Shown piece by piece: positions 13,219 to 26,464 of a DNA stretch of 64,000 nucleotides (positions are counted from its first letter, which is position 1; each line of letters opens with the position of its first letter). Origin of the DNA: Lama glama (lineage: Eukaryota); assembly GCA_028534125.1 (NCBI GenBank), contig JAPYYK010000094.1, positions 62,001 to 126,000 on the forward strand, read 5' to 3'. Both the position numbers and the translations under genes were made by a program. Under the pieces are notes generated by a model. It searched no databases. It had not been told where the DNA came from and saw only the letters and a list, made by a program, of their open reading frames with translations.

Positions 13219-13548
13219 TAGGATTGCCAGATAAAATATATGATGTCCAGTTAAATTTGAATTTCAGATATATGCCAAATTTTTTCTTTTTTAATTAAAT
13301 TTAATTTTTTGAGGGGGAGGTTATTAGGTTTATTCAATTATTTATTTTTAGAGGAGGTACTTGGGATTGAAGCCAGAACCTTGCGCTCTACTACTTGAGC
13401 TGTACCCTCCCCCTCCGAAATTTATTTCTTAATATAGGTAAGTCTCAAATGTTACCTGTGACATACTTATATTAAAAAAGTATTTTGTATTTATCTGAAA
13501 TTTCAATTAAATGGGTACCCTTTTTCTCACCTAAATCTGGCAACCCCA
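13219..13548. mobile_element. MER53 palindromic hAT MITE interrupted by a SINE
   Basis: Ends taggattgccagataaaata...ctaaatctggcaacccca; internal inverted arms atttcagata / tatctgaaat; 8-bp TSD tttctggg (13211-13218) / gctctggg (13549-13556). Confidence 0.85.
13287..13413 (-). mobile_element. Camelid vic-1-type SINE, long-tailed form with anticodon-arm deletion
   Basis: gggggaggttattaggtttatt...gaggaggtacttgggattgaagccagaaccttgcgctctactacttgagctgtaccctcccc; approximate TSD ccaaattttttctt / ccgaaatttatttctt. Confidence 0.8.
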
Positions 13549-14084
13549 GCTCTGGGGCTCGCAGGAGAGTGAGACTGAGGGAGCAGGAGCAGAACTGGGT
13601 CAGATCCAGCTCTCTCTGCAGTCCTGGCATCAGGAGCCCCCCTCTGGGCCTCCTGGGTCTGAGGCAAGGTTGCCTGGGGACCTACTGGAGCCTCCCTCCT
13701 GGAGGGAGGCTCTGCAGGAGGAGGAGGGCGCTGCTGCCAACTCAAAGTTGTTTGCACTTCACTGGCTCCCTGGGGCACAGGCCCCCTTCCTGGTTAACAT
13801 CCTGAATGGGAGGACCAAGAACAACAGCCCTTCTCCCCAGAGAGGCATTGAGACCCAGTCCCAGGAGCACCGCTGGTGAGGATAGGGCCCCTGAAGCTCG
13901 AGTGGAACAGGACCTGGAAGGCTCATCCCTCCTGTTGCAAGAGGGCCCCTGAGATAATCGGGGGCTTGTCCAGTGTCACATGGGGAGTTGTAAGCCTAGA
14001 ACGTGGTCTCTGGACATCCCATCCCATTCCTGCATGATTACGTGGCTACATTTCTGTGCTTGTCAGAAGGGGAACAGCTATTGC

Positions 14085-14990
14085 CAGAAAAATTTGATCC
14101 TCAGACTCAACAGGCTTCAAACTAGACCCCTCACCTCCCTTTCCAACCTGTTCCTCTACCTGGTTCCACGGCTCTTGGCATCCATCCATCTGGCTGTGCA
14201 AACTAGAAACTCAAGCGTCATCCTGGGCACCCTCACGCTTCCCTTTTTCTGTAAATCACTAAGCCCTGTTAATGCCACTTCCTCTGTAGCTGTTGAATTA
14301 GCCTACTTCTATTGCTGCTACTTCCTGAGTTCAGGCAGCTGTCACTTCCCATCTGGGCTGTTACATTAGCCTCCTGACTGGTCTCCCTGCCTCCGCTTTC
14401 CCCGTCTCCAATCCATGCTGCAGCTGGGAGCAGGTGAAACACAAGTGTGTGCATGTCAACTTCTACTTTCCCGTCTTACAAATCTGTCACTGGCTTCTTA
14501 CTATCTTTAGGATCAAAATTGGCTTCCTTAATATGGTTTACAGACTTCTGTATGGTCTAGTCCTGTCTGCCTTTCCTTCCTGTGGGAAACCCTCCATCCT
14601 TGATGCAGCGGACCTGGACTTCTTCACTCCTTCCATGAACCAAGCCCTTTCTTGCTTTGGGGCCTTGCACGTGCCTGCCTCACTCATCTCACTCTGTCTT
14701 ACCCTGGCTAATCCCTTACCTGTCCTACCTGCCCATCAGACCTCCGCATAGGCTCCACCCTCTCCAGAAATCCTCCCTTCATCCTTGCTAACCCTCAGCA
14801 GCTGAGATGGGGGCTCCTCTGGGGTACCCCCAAAACATCCTGTATTATAATGATTAGTAATTATTACTAGTCTATCTTTGCCATTAGCCTTTGGGCCCTG
14901 CAAGAGGAGGAGCCAAGTCTAGCATATTCCCTGCTGTACCTACAGTAACCAGTGTATGTCGGGCACATAGGAAGGGCTCACTAATTAAGA
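14085..14990 (+). mobile_element. L2 LINE fragments
   Basis: catccatccatctggctgtgcaaactagaaactcaagcgtcatcct, agcctcctgactggtctccctgcctcc, ggcacataggaagggctca. Confidence 0.7.
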
Positions 14991-15074
14991 TTTGCAGTCG
15001 TTATTACAAATGTCCGGGTAATGGGAGAGTGCAAGCATCGGGAGGAGAAAGGAGAGGAGAAAAGGGAGCAGCCC

Positions 15075-15250
15075 TGCAGTTTTTCAATTCTAGCCACACA
15101 ACAGAATTACGTGGGTTGCTTTATAGAAATATTGATGCTTGGGTACCATTCCAGAAGCTCTGATTCTTTTGATCTGAAGTGGGCCTGAGCCTGGGTATTT
15201 TTTAAACCTCCTCAGATGTTGTAATGTGCAGTTGGGTTGAGAGGCCCTGG
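15075..15250. mobile_element. MER5B MITE
   Basis: agaattacgtgggttgctttatagaaatattgatgcttggg...tttttaaacctcctcagatgttgtaatgtgcag...ggttgaga. Confidence 0.75.
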
Positions 15251-15814
15251 GTGAGCTCTAAGTCAGAGCACCTGGTCTTAGCTCAGTAAATTCTAGCTGA
15301 CTGGTGTCTGCCTTTATTTCTAAGAGGGGAGGGGAGCAGACATTTACCCCTGCCTCCAGCTTCCCTTCCTTGGGGAATTGCTCCCTATCCTGAGGACCAA
15401 AGCTTCCTCCTCTGCCCACTCCCCCACCATACACACACACACACCCCCCAAAGCACCGGTTGGCAGCCCCCCATTGGCTCTGTGGGAAGACAGCCAGACC
15501 CAGAGCTGGCCCCAGGGGAGTTCAGTTGATTCAACAAATATTTGCTGGGCAGCCAGGCTGAGCCAGGTACTTTGCCGATGGCTGAGGAGACAGAGGTGAA
15601 TCCGGTAACTGACTCTGGCTGCAGATCAGCCCCATATCCTGCTCTGGGCTGGGGCTCAGACAAAGGCTGCCTGGGGAGTGAGAATGGCACTGGCTGTTAG
15701 CCACATCAGTCCCCAAATCCATCTCCACTGTCACCTAAGCGAAGGGGGAAGTGTGGGCATCATGTCCCCACCCCAGCTGGCCTCCAAGTTTGCTCTGGCC
15801 CAACGTGGCCAGAG

Positions 15815-16000
15815 CTATTGCGTCAGCATCCCCTGGGAAGCTTGTTAAAAGCACAGGTTCCTGGGCCCTACCCAGGGGGCTGATTGAGAAGGTCTAGTCT
15901 GAGGCCTAGTAGTCCGCAATTTTCATCAAGCTCCCCAGGGGATTCTGATGCAACAGATTGCTGGTGATTCCAATGTGCAGTTGCCTATAAGAACCATAAC
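15815..16000. mobile_element. MER5A-like MITE with an adjacent MER5B-like end
   Basis: gcgtcagcatcccctgggaagcttgttaaaagcacaggttcctgggccctaccc...caagctccccaggggattctgatgc. Confidence 0.7.
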
Positions 16001-18529
16001 TGCCTCATTTCTCCAGGTGGGCTTATAAATTTTGGGGAGGTATACGAACAGTACGGTGTTTCCTGGGCTCCACCTGACTTGCTTCACAATCATCAGTGTC
16101 AACGTTCTCCAAATGGGTGCTGAAGGCACTGTGCTGGGCGATTTGCTTAATTCTTACCACAGCCAGGAAAAGCTGGTGTTATCCCTGTTTGATGGACCAG
16201 AAAAGGTCAAGTTACTTCCCAAGATCATAGAGCAAAGTGACTATGTTGGGGTTCTGATTCTCAAGTTGCTCACAGACCCAGCAGAGACTAATTTGTGCAA
16301 ATCACTTGCAGGTCTGGGCACAGTGAAACTGACCAACCCAGAGAGGAAAGTGCAAAACACTCAGCAACGGCAGACAAAGAAGCAACGAATCCCTCCTGGG
16401 GAACGGCGGACGGAGGAGACCCCAAGGGAGGTGGTGGCATCTGAGCTGGACCTTAGTGGGTTCATTCAGCTTTGACATTCAGAGACGGAGAGGAAAGAAT
16501 GCCAGGCGGAGGACATAGCACGTTTGAAGTCACGCAGGTGGGAGAACACAGCCGGAACTGTGCGTGGTCTGATGCTGCATACGGTGTTTGGAGGGACAGG
16601 GGAGTGACAACACAGGGAAGGTCACTCCAGGTCTCTTCACTTGCTGGGCATTGGGAACTGGCCAGAAAGGTCTGAACGGGGAAATTACAAGGGCCATCTG
16701 GCTTTAGGAAGGTGACTCTGGGGACAGCGGGCTGGGCGGAGACGATTAGACCCAGGCAGGGGAGAACAGGGAGTCACTCCGGTTCTCTGGTCAGCGTGTT
16801 CCTCTCTAAAGTGGGGGAGGATTGTCCCTCCCTGACATCTGTCCCAGGCTTGTTGTGAAGATGCGAGGAAATAGGAGATGAGAAAGGGTGTTGGTGAGAC
16901 CCACGGGGACAGAGGGAGAGTCAGAATCAGGGGGTTGAGGGCCATGTGTGCACTGATGTACCTTGGCTGGAGACCCCAGTGATGGGGCTACAGATACGGG
17001 GGCACCCAAAGAAGATACAGAACAAGCGTAAGAGGAGGCAAGTGTCATTTGAACCCATACTTGGGAGGAGGGGAGAGGGGGAAAGAGAGATCAAAGCCTA
17101 ATTTGAAGCAGAACAGCAAACTGACCTGTTTTTCTATCTGAACGGGGCCCACAGGACAGATTTCTGTTTCCTAAAGAACTTCAGGGGCAGCTGCTCTGAG
17201 CCAACATCTCATGGAGGTTTTGACCAGCACCAGCCTCTTCTCCAGCATGTAGATAATTATGGGAGAAACCATAGCCAGAAGGGCTCAGGGTGCCTGGGTT
17301 AGAGTGACATGAACCTGACCTGGTCCAGAGGGGTCTCTGAGGGTGTCCAGCCCTACTTCCTGCCTGGGCAGTTTCTTCTGAGAGGACTCCCACCACCCAC
17401 CTCCCCCCAGCCCCACTCCAGCTCCTGAGTCTCAGTCATTCTTCCAGCCCAGCTCCACGGGGGCCAACGCTCAGCCCAGGCTAGCACCTTTAAGCCTCGC
17501 AGCTCTAGAAAGTGAGCTGTTCAATCCTAATTTTCCTGACAAGGAAAGTGAGCCTCAAAGAGTCCACACAACTAGTGTGTGGAAAAGCTGAGATTCAAAC
17601 CGAGGCCTGGGATGCTAATGGCCGAGCTTTCCCCCACTGCTCCACGCATCTCTCAGACAGGTGTCCTTTACAGACTAAACATCTGGCAGTCACAACATAA
17701 GAAGCTAGTTATGTAAGGGCAAAGTGTGAGTTGGTGAGCTCATCGGAAATTGCGTCCTGGAGGAGGCAGTATGATTCTGGAGGAGGGAACAGACAGGCCA
17801 GCCTGGAGGCCTTGGCCTCTCTGGGCCCAAACTCTGAGCTTGCTCAGTTCCCCTGGGGGCAGGGAGCTGTCTTTCCAGAGAGACACAGCCCTAACCCAGG
17901 CCTGGGGGAGCAGGTCCAGTCCCCTCCTCCTACGTGGATTCCTTCTGGGCCTGTGGGTGTTTGGTCGTCAGGAGTCTGGAAGAGCACACACACTCTTGAG
18001 ACCTTTGATATCAACCTGCAGAACAGACTGATGCCACGTTCGGGCCCCAGCATCAGAGGTGTCCAGTGTGTGAGCCTAACCCTCCAGGGATGGTTGAGTC
18101 CAACAATTCACCTTGTTCGGTGACACGCTGGCTTCACAGTGGCTTCTCTATTTGGTAGAGAGACCACACCTTTATTTTACATTTGTGCAACCAAAGGGCC
18201 CATTCAGTCATTTCCCCCAACAAGGAACTAAAGATCTCAGGAGAGCATGACCTTGCCTGTGGAATAACCACACTTTCTTTTCTTGTTCTCTTTTGGTTCT
18301 TCTTTTTTTTAAACCCTCCTACCTTCTTGTAACCTCACCAGTTCCAAGTGAAGCAACCATTCTGATTACCTCTCCTCCAAAGCCACAGCCTCAGTTCAGG
18401 CTCCATCAGCTTTTCTGTGACTAACAAATGCATCCCCATCTCCCAGGCCCCCATTCTCTTGATCACAGCCCATTCATCTGCGTCCTACCCAACCTGGCGC
18501 CAGAATTCTCCTTCTGATGTTGGCTTTAG

Positions 18530-18960
18530 ATTTTAATTTGCTTTTGAATCTAAGTTGTGCATGAGTATAATATGAATCGTTGAGATCTCTGCGAAGTTCG
18601 TCATGAAAAACTGCAGCCCTGATCCATCTCCAGGGATAACCACTTTAAACTCTTGAAACTGCTTCTTCGGAACATTCACTTTCATGTCTCTAAATGACAT
18701 CTCATACGGCTTCCTCCTGACCTTCAGAGTTTTAGGAATAATTTCTTGATTTCTTGCCCTGGGATTGAGGAGTTCTCTCACCTTCCACGTGCATCACTTC
18801 CACTTCCTTGCCACTATCTTCCCAGTATGGTAATATATGATCATTTGGGTAATTGCATTGTTTATTGGTGACCCTTTATAATCCTATAAACACTATGGCC
18901 AGACAAGGCACGGGATGGGCTAGATTTCTTTTTCCCACCTTTTCTTGAAATTTGGGGGAA
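18530..18960 (-). mobile_element. HAL1/L1ME-like old LINE fragment
   Basis: tcccagggataaccactttaaactctt; tatcttcccagtatggtaatatatgatcatttggg. Confidence 0.5.
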
Positions 18961-19194
18961 TAACCAGCCCTTGGGCAGTTTCAAGCATCACAGCCTAGTA
19001 ATAATTTGACTCAATTGATCCCAGTCAGTGATGTCATGAAACCAAGCCCTCAGTTTCTTGTGAAACATCTGTAGTCAGGCTAGTGGTGACTTTACCAGGA
19101 AGACATGGTTCCCCCTCACACACACAAAAAAAAAAGTCACTGTGTCTACTTGCTTTACATGTCACTAAAAGACCACTGAATGAATGGTGGCTCT

Positions 19195-19430
19195 GAGGTG
19201 GATTCTAGAGTCAGAGTGTGTGGGTTTGAATTCGGCTTTTGCCCTCTGTGGCTAAGAGAACTTTGGCAAGTTACCACATCCCCTCTGCACTTCAGCTTTT
19301 TTACTTGTAAAAAGAAATTAGAAGATGAAACCACCTACTTCATAGGACTCTGATTAGGACAAAATGAGAGGAAATACAAGTAACGTATTTAGCACAAGAA
19401 AAGCAGTACAAACGGTGAGCAATATTATTG
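19195..19430 (+). mobile_element. MIR SINE
   Basis: tagagtcagag...gggtttgaattcggctttt...acctacttcatagg...gtatttagcaca. Confidence 0.75.
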
Positions 19431-19859
19431 CCAGTGGGTTAGTTATTAGTGCAAACCCCAGAATGAAGAAATAGCATGCTTCAAAAACGTCCAGCTCTTG
19501 CAGCGTGGTCAACGGTCATGTGTCCCGCGTCCTGAAGGGCCGGCATTCCTGCATCATCTCTGAGGAGCAGTTCCCGAGTGCTGGGTGGGGCCCCAGCGAG
19601 GTGCTGGTGGATGCTGGTGTAGACGGGTAGGATCCCAGGTCACCAGGAGAACAGAATAGTCTCTCCCCCTGCACCGTTTCCATGGCCCCCACTTCACTCG
19701 CTTGGACTGTTATTGGGGCATCACCAGCAACGTGGACCTTGTCATGATAGTCTCACTTCCCTTGGCTCTTCCTAGGGGAAGACTGACCATCCGACCCCCT
19801 CCAGTTCCTTTCTTGTTTATTGGGGGTGAGATGGAGGGGAGTGTTAAATCAGCTCTAAC

Positions 19860-20330
19860 ACGTGCTAATTTTAAGAAATTCAAACTGCAGTGCAGAAGTA
19901 TATAAAAGAAATATTAAAAATCTGTTTTCTACTCTAGAGATAACTGTTGTTAACTGTGTCCTCCTCCAGGAGTTTATTTTCTATGCTTCAAAATGTGTGC
20001 ATGTGCGTGTGCACACGTGTATAGAATTGGTTCATATACTATATTCAATTATGTTTTACAAGGCACATATAGTAATAAAATGAGGTCACACCATACATTC
20101 AATTCTGCAGTTTGCTTTTCCACGTAATAATGGATCATGGACCAGTTTCCAGGTTGATCGCAATTCCCCTGGCAGCATGCTGTGTATGTTTTTAGGAGTT
20201 GCTTCCCATTTTCACCCAGACAAGCAGTTCTGTCGTGAGTGTGCTCTTGGGGGTACCTTTACGTGTTTGTGCTGGTGTTCTGCAGAGCAGAGTCCCAGAA
20301 AGTAGGTTTCTGCAGAGTATAGGTGAAAAC
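19860..20330 (-). mobile_element. L1ME-like 3' fragment
   Basis: ctagagataactgttgttaac; aaatgaggtcacaccatacattcaattctgcagtttgcttttccacgtaataat. Confidence 0.6.
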
Positions 20331-22299
20331 AGTTCAGGAGTTACTCGTTAGAGATCCCTCTGGCCCCTTAGCCCCCTAGAAGATGACCCTCTCCAGCTCC
20401 CCACCTCCTGCCCCACCCCCCTCCACCAACCCACCACTCCTGCCAGAAAATGTCTCATCTGCGCCAGGCTGAGGCAACCGGAGCATCTCCTGTGTGTGGC
20501 TGGAATCATCTAACTTCCTTTGCAATCAGTTCTCATGGAAAAGAGAAGGGCTTCAGCCATTTGGCATTTAGGGAGCACATCCTTGTTTCAGCCTGTGCCC
20601 GAGCCTGGATTGTTCCTCCGCTTCTTGCAAAACTGCTTGCAGATTAGAAATGACTACTTTTCCTGTCTTTGGTCTTTCTACAGAGCTCCTCATTTCATAA
20701 AATAAAGCAACTGAGCCCTGGAGAGGAAGTGGCCTACCCCAGGCCTGCCCAGGCCGCTGGGTCAGAATCTGGGTCTCTGGACACAGAGGAGGAGGGGTGG
20801 GAATGGGAAATGGGAGCAGGTCGCAGAGGTGGGGGAGGGGAGCTGTTCGCCAGTCCCTTTCCCAGGTCTCCCCACTCAGTCCCCTTTGCCGTGAATGCAG
20901 GCAGCATCTTCCTCCTTCCCCAGGTGAGGAAACCTAGGCAGAGCTGAGTGTGAAACTAGATCTGTCACTCTCTTAACCCTCCCCTGTCCTTCCTTTTCTG
21001 TCAACCTCCATATCTGGACTGTGGCTCTCAGTCTGGGGACTGGAGGTAACCAGCAACCCTTCCAGGTGTTTCTACCCCTTGGAGAACAGTTCCAGTGAAG
21101 ACACTGACTCTACTCCAAGGAGGGTCCAAACCTGAGAAGTCCTAGCCGGGCTGCTGGAGGCCTCGTCTCCCCGAACACCTCCACACACAGCCCGTGAGGC
21201 TCCCAGGCAGCCTGACCACCCCCATCCCACAGGATCAGAACTTGGGGGGTCCCTGGCCTCCACACTCCTTGGTGGCAGCCTGGTGACTTCTCCAAGATCT
21301 TGTCCTTGAGTGGGACTCAAGGGGTGGGAAGACCCCCATTTCCTCCCTCCCTCTCCTTGGCCAGTAGGTTGGCCTGCCCCTCTCAGGGAGCCTGTCTGCA
21401 GGGCAGGGAGACGAGGGCTCCGCCTGCTCACCCTCTGCTCCATGGAAGCTGGGACTCCTCTGGCAGGGCCTTCCTCCTCGAGATTCCACTCCCAATAAAA
21501 CAGCAGCCCTGGTTGCTGGGCACTGTCAACAAAACACTCCCCACAGGCTGGCCCTAGCTGGGGATTGAGAACAATGGTCTCCCAGGGAGAGGCCCCAGTT
21601 CCCAAGGCTAGCTCCGGGGTAGAAGTGATGTGGGGCTAGTTGGGAGGTGGCTCCTGTGACCCTGGTTTTGGGAACAGTTGTCAGAAAACGTGGTCTCCTC
21701 CTCAGGGCTACATGCTCTCCAAAGGACGAGCTACTCAGGCAGACAGCGAGAGACCCTTTGAGCCAGTCTGCTCAAGCACCCCTGAAGAGCCCTCCTAGGG
21801 GACAGGAGGCTCCAGTGGACACCAAAACCAGCCCACCCCAGTCCTCCTACCCCTCACCGCACCTGTCTGTCTGGGGTACAATCCACGCCATCCCAGGCTA
21901 GCAGGGGCTCCTCCACACCCCTATCAGATGCCCAGGGGAGGCATCCACTCCAGTCCTTCCCCAAGCTGTTCTGCAGTTTTATCATCTTCAGGTTTTTTTT
22001 TCCTGATAATAAAAGCAGAATTGGCTCATAATAAAAAATATTATAGACAGTCTAAAGTAGAGGATGAAAGCCATCCAATGGACAGATTGTATGTTAGACT
22101 TACGCTGTATGTACTCATCTGCAACTTGCTTCTCCAAGATTTGTTTGAAACCAAAGTCCATCATGCCACCTTCATGCTTCAACCACTTCCGTGGCTCCAA
22201 GCTGGTCTCAGATAAAGAACACTCTCCTTCCCTTGGCTACAGGGCGCTGGAGGCCTCTCTTCTGGTCCAGCGCCTCCCCGCTCCCAGCCACACAGCCTT

Positions 22300-22622
22300 T
22301 CTTTCAGGCCCTTGTCTTCCCTCCCTCTGTCGCCTTCGCACAGGCCTTGTCCCATCGATGTCGATGTCCCCACCTGGAGTGCTAATGCACCTGGTCAACA
22401 TCTGCTCTTTCAGGCCCCAAGTTAGTTCTTCAGGGAGGCCTTTTCTGTTCTCCCCGCTGGTGGAAAGGCCCTGCTGTCTCCCGTCACAGCTGCACTGATA
22501 GACTTATGTGTGATTATTTGATGATCTTGTTCCACAACCAATTCAAGGAGGGCAGGGATCTCTTTTGCTCACTACTGTCTGGCACATTGTAGATGATCAA
22601 CAAATGCTTATTGAATAAATGG
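22300..22622 (+). mobile_element. L2 3' region
   Basis: tcttcagggaggccttttctg...gagggcagggat...ggcacattgtagatgatcaacaaatgcttattgaataaatg. Confidence 0.7.
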
Positions 22623-22991
22623 ACAAGCACTAATTTGCCAGTTGTTTATGTGAACCCAGCACAGTGGCAGGTATGGGGGGTACTCAGTGGAATACTAAGA
22701 CAAAGGCAGGCTCTCAAAGTCTGGGGGGGTGGGGTGCAGGGTTCGGGGAGCAGGGGTTTGGATAAGCGCTCATGTCATTTGAAGGGGCTTCAAAGTTGTG
22801 GATTCCCAGGCCCCTCTGTGGTATGGGTAAGTTGGTGCCTGACTGTCTTCTCTACTCCTCCCGTTACACACAGGTCCCCGGAGAGAGGGGCCTTTGCTTC
22901 TGCTTCTCTCCAGTCCCTCCCTGCGCCCCTCCCCCAGCTCCCCCCTCCTTCTTAGCTCATGGCTGAGGTCTACAGACTGTGTGTGTTAAAA

Positions 22992-23123
22992 GGACGATGG
23001 ATGGATGGACAGACAGATGGATGGATGATGGGTGGACAGATGAATGGATAGACAGCTGGATGGATGACGGATGGACAGATGAATGGAGAGACGGATGGGT
23101 GGACAGACAGATAGATGGATGAA
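22992..23123. repeat. Compound (GGAT)/(GACA)/(GAAT) tetranucleotide microsatellite
   Basis: gatggatggatggacagacagatggatgg... seen directly. Confidence 0.9.
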
Positions 23124-25197
23124 TCAAAGAGCTAAAATGGCCAGCAGGGCCTCAGAGATCCCTAATCCACACTGATTTTTAAAGTGAGGAGACTGAAGTC
23201 TAGAGAGGTAAGGTATGTCTCTCAGCACTTCCTCTCTTCAAGAATCCTGTTGATTTCCTCTGTTTAGCCTATAAACAGCTTGAAATAGCCTCCCACCCAA
23301 ACAAAACAAAGCACCTCCATCCCTCTTCCCTTCCACCTTTCCCCTGAGCTAGGACCCTCCTCTTTCCTTTAACTGCCAAACTTCTTGGAAGACTTGCAAA
23401 CTCACCCCCTGGACTTCCCCATCTCCCATCACCCCTTGACCCCTCAGCCTCTGCTGTCCATCCACATTCCCATGGCAACAGCTCAAAGTTGCCAGGGACT
23501 TTCTGGGCCCTGAACCCCTTCCTGGGCCTTGGGCAGTGTTTGATATTGTCACCATCTCTTCCTCCTGTAACCCCGGGGGCCCTGCTCTACTCAGGGGCCA
23601 TTCTCTCCCTGTCCAGAAAGCTCTCTTCTGGAACCCTGGATGGCGTCTCTTTTTCCTAGCACCCTTTGCCAGATTTAACCTCAGCTGTCTCTCTGTTCTC
23701 TGTAGTCTCCCAACAACTACTGGATTCTTTGTGTGTACCAAGCACCATGCTAGGCTCTTAGCTGCATCACTTCCAGCAATCCTCATGTCTGCCCTCTGAT
23801 GTGGGTATATTAGTTTCATCCACAGCTTGCAGATCATGAAGTGGAGACCCAGGGAGGATACGTAAATTGCCCAATGCCATACAGTGGGTGAGCGGTGTCT
23901 TTTGGACTTAACTGAGGTCTTCCTATTTCCGAGTCTATGCTCTCAGCCACAATGCCACACCTTTGTCTTAACTGTCTCACTCCCACTCAGGCCTCATCTC
24001 TCTTCTTATAACTCCACACTTAATATTTTCAGAAGAGATCTCCCTCTGGAATTCTAGACCTGCTCTTCAAAAGGCCTGATGAGATTTTTTTCTTAGATGT
24101 CCTTCTAAAATCTCAAAGCCAGAGTCCTCAGATCTATGGCGAGGCTGATCTTACCAGTTCTGTGCTCAAATGTCTGCAGTGACTCTCCACTGCCCAGTGA
24201 TCTAGGGGCAGACTCTTCCATGCCACTCTCAGGCTCACCTTCGATATGAATCCCCAACCCTGCCCCGGCCCCGCCCTCCTCCTATCACCTCCTGCTTCTG
24301 ACTCTCTCTCTGCAAGACTCTGATGCTCCCTGCAGTGCTCTCTGCTCAGAGGGACCTTCCATGCCCTTAACCTTCCTTCATGAGCCCCTTGACCACCAGA
24401 AATCCTTTGTATGTAGAAAACAGAATGGCAGGAAATGCACTCAACATCAAGAGTGTTATCTCTGGATCAGTGGGATTCCAGGTGACTCATTTTCACATCT
24501 GTTCAGTGTTTTCCAAATTTCCAATAATGGGTATGTTTCACTATATAATCAGAAAGGAACTTGTTCAAATAATTTCAAAAAAGAATCTTATTTGCCCACC
24601 CTGCCTGTTTCCTCTTTAAGGCCCTTCTGCAGTTTTGTTCACCTGAGGCCTCGGCAAGTGAGGCTGCCTCCCCTCCTGAGACCCAGGCGTTCTCTCATGC
24701 AGTGTGATCCCCCTTATCCCCTGCAGCCCCCTCCCTAGTGCCCTCTCCCTAGTCCCCTAGAAATGCAGGAGGAACAGAATTCAGACAGACACATTCACAA
24801 GAGTATTCATCACAGGAGCAAAAGATTGGAGACTCACTAAAGTTGATCAGTAGGGGCCTGGTTATATAATTCTTCATCATTTAGGGGCTTGCCTACAGCC
24901 ACTAGAAAAAAGAACAGAGATCCCAGCTGCCAATATGACCAATTTCCAAAATACTTCATTCAATAAAAAATGAGATAAAACTTCCAGAAAAATATATGTA
25001 GTTTGTTCACATTTTCATAAAAAATAAAATGATAGACTCACATACACATACGTGTACCTATATATGCATAGAATATTTCTGGAAGGATGCCCCCTAGCTG
25101 GTAGCAGCAGGAGCATCGGGGTAACAGTGGGACAGGGGAACTGAATTAAAGGGATCGTAGGAGGAAGGAGTATTATTTCTTTTCAGTTTTTTAAATT

Positions 25198-25379
25198 AGT
25201 CTTTTTTTTTAATTAAGGTATAGTTGAGTTACAGTGTTGTGTTAGTTTCTGGTGTACAGCATAGTGATTTACTCATACATGTATATACAAATTCTTTTTG
25301 TATTATTTTTCATAACAGCTTGTGACAAGGTATTGCATATAGTTCCCTGTGCTATACAGTAGGACCATGTTTATCTCTG
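25198..25379 (-). mobile_element. Cetartiodactyl-type L1 3' end inserted in older L1ME remnants
   Basis: PolyT then tatagttgagttacagtgttgtgttagtttctggtgtacagcatagtgatt...atagttccctgtgctatacagtagga; TSD ttcagttttttaaatt (25182-25197) / ttcagttttttttaaatt (25380-25397). Confidence 0.85.
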
Positions 25380-26464
25380 TTCAGTTTTTTTTAAATTGTG
25401 TTCATGTACCTTTAAAAAAGAGAAAAGGCAATTTATAAACAGAATCAGAACCCACAGTCATTAAGTAAGTGGGAGTACCCTCAGGCACTGATGGGCCTTG
25501 GGAAGGAGCAGGTAGAGAGCAAACCCGACCTCCCCCCACCTCCATCCCTGCAGATGGAGCTGGACCCCTACTCCAACAAGGGGTTTGTGCACTGAGGCCC
25601 CACACGATGGTCCCCAGCAGGGAGCTAAGGCTGAGATTTGGGAAGGGATTCCCGTCTGCTGGCCATGCACCCCTACCCTAGGAGCAGACAGGTCGTCACA
25701 GGCCTGTTTTGTCACACCCTTACAGGGCACATTTCTTGGGCGGGAGCATCTGCTGGGACAACCAGGCAGTGACTCTGCACCTTGGTAGCTGCTCTCCCAC
25801 GGGAAGAAGCAGTGTCCCGTGCCGGCTGTGGGTGGGATGTGGTGGGAAAGACCTGGCTTCTCCTCTGGTTAGGATGCCCTGGGATTGGCCTGAGGCAAGG
25901 GCTCTGTGGGAGTCGGGGGTGGTGTCAGGAACCAGAATGGACACAGTCTAGCAGGTTGTCATCAATAATAACGATAATTTGCATTTCTTTGGAGCCTTTT
26001 ATCTGAGGACCTAAAAGCACTTAAAAAATTCAGATGTTTGTAGAGTAGAAATTTGGCTGGATCAGGAGCTTAGCCGCTAAAGGTGAGGCAATCTAAACCC
26101 TTTCCTTCCTGCTCCCAAACGGGGGCTCACACATTTACTACCCTCTTCACCCCAGGCCTTAAGGCGTGGCTTTGTTCCCACCACCTGCCTATCAGCCACA
26201 GACTGAGAGCCACTTAAGACCAATTCAGCCAATGGCCAGAACCACTTGGGGTGGTCCCCTAACCTGGTGAGCAGCCCACCCCACTGGTGAGGCTGGGGAT
26301 GGGGACCAAGATTCTCATTGCTGTGGCCACTTACAGGGCACATCCCTTCTCCCACTTGAGCCTCAATCTCTTGATCCAATAAAAGGGCTTTAGACTTCTC
26401 CATGGGTCACAAACCAAGCTACACACAATCCTGGCATTTTTCAGGGAAGCTTATAGCTTTTGCT

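Noticed and set aside
22992-23123. Regularly repeated block considered as a CRISPR-like array
   Set aside because: It is a simple tetranucleotide microsatellite with no repeat-spacer structure, in eukaryotic DNA.
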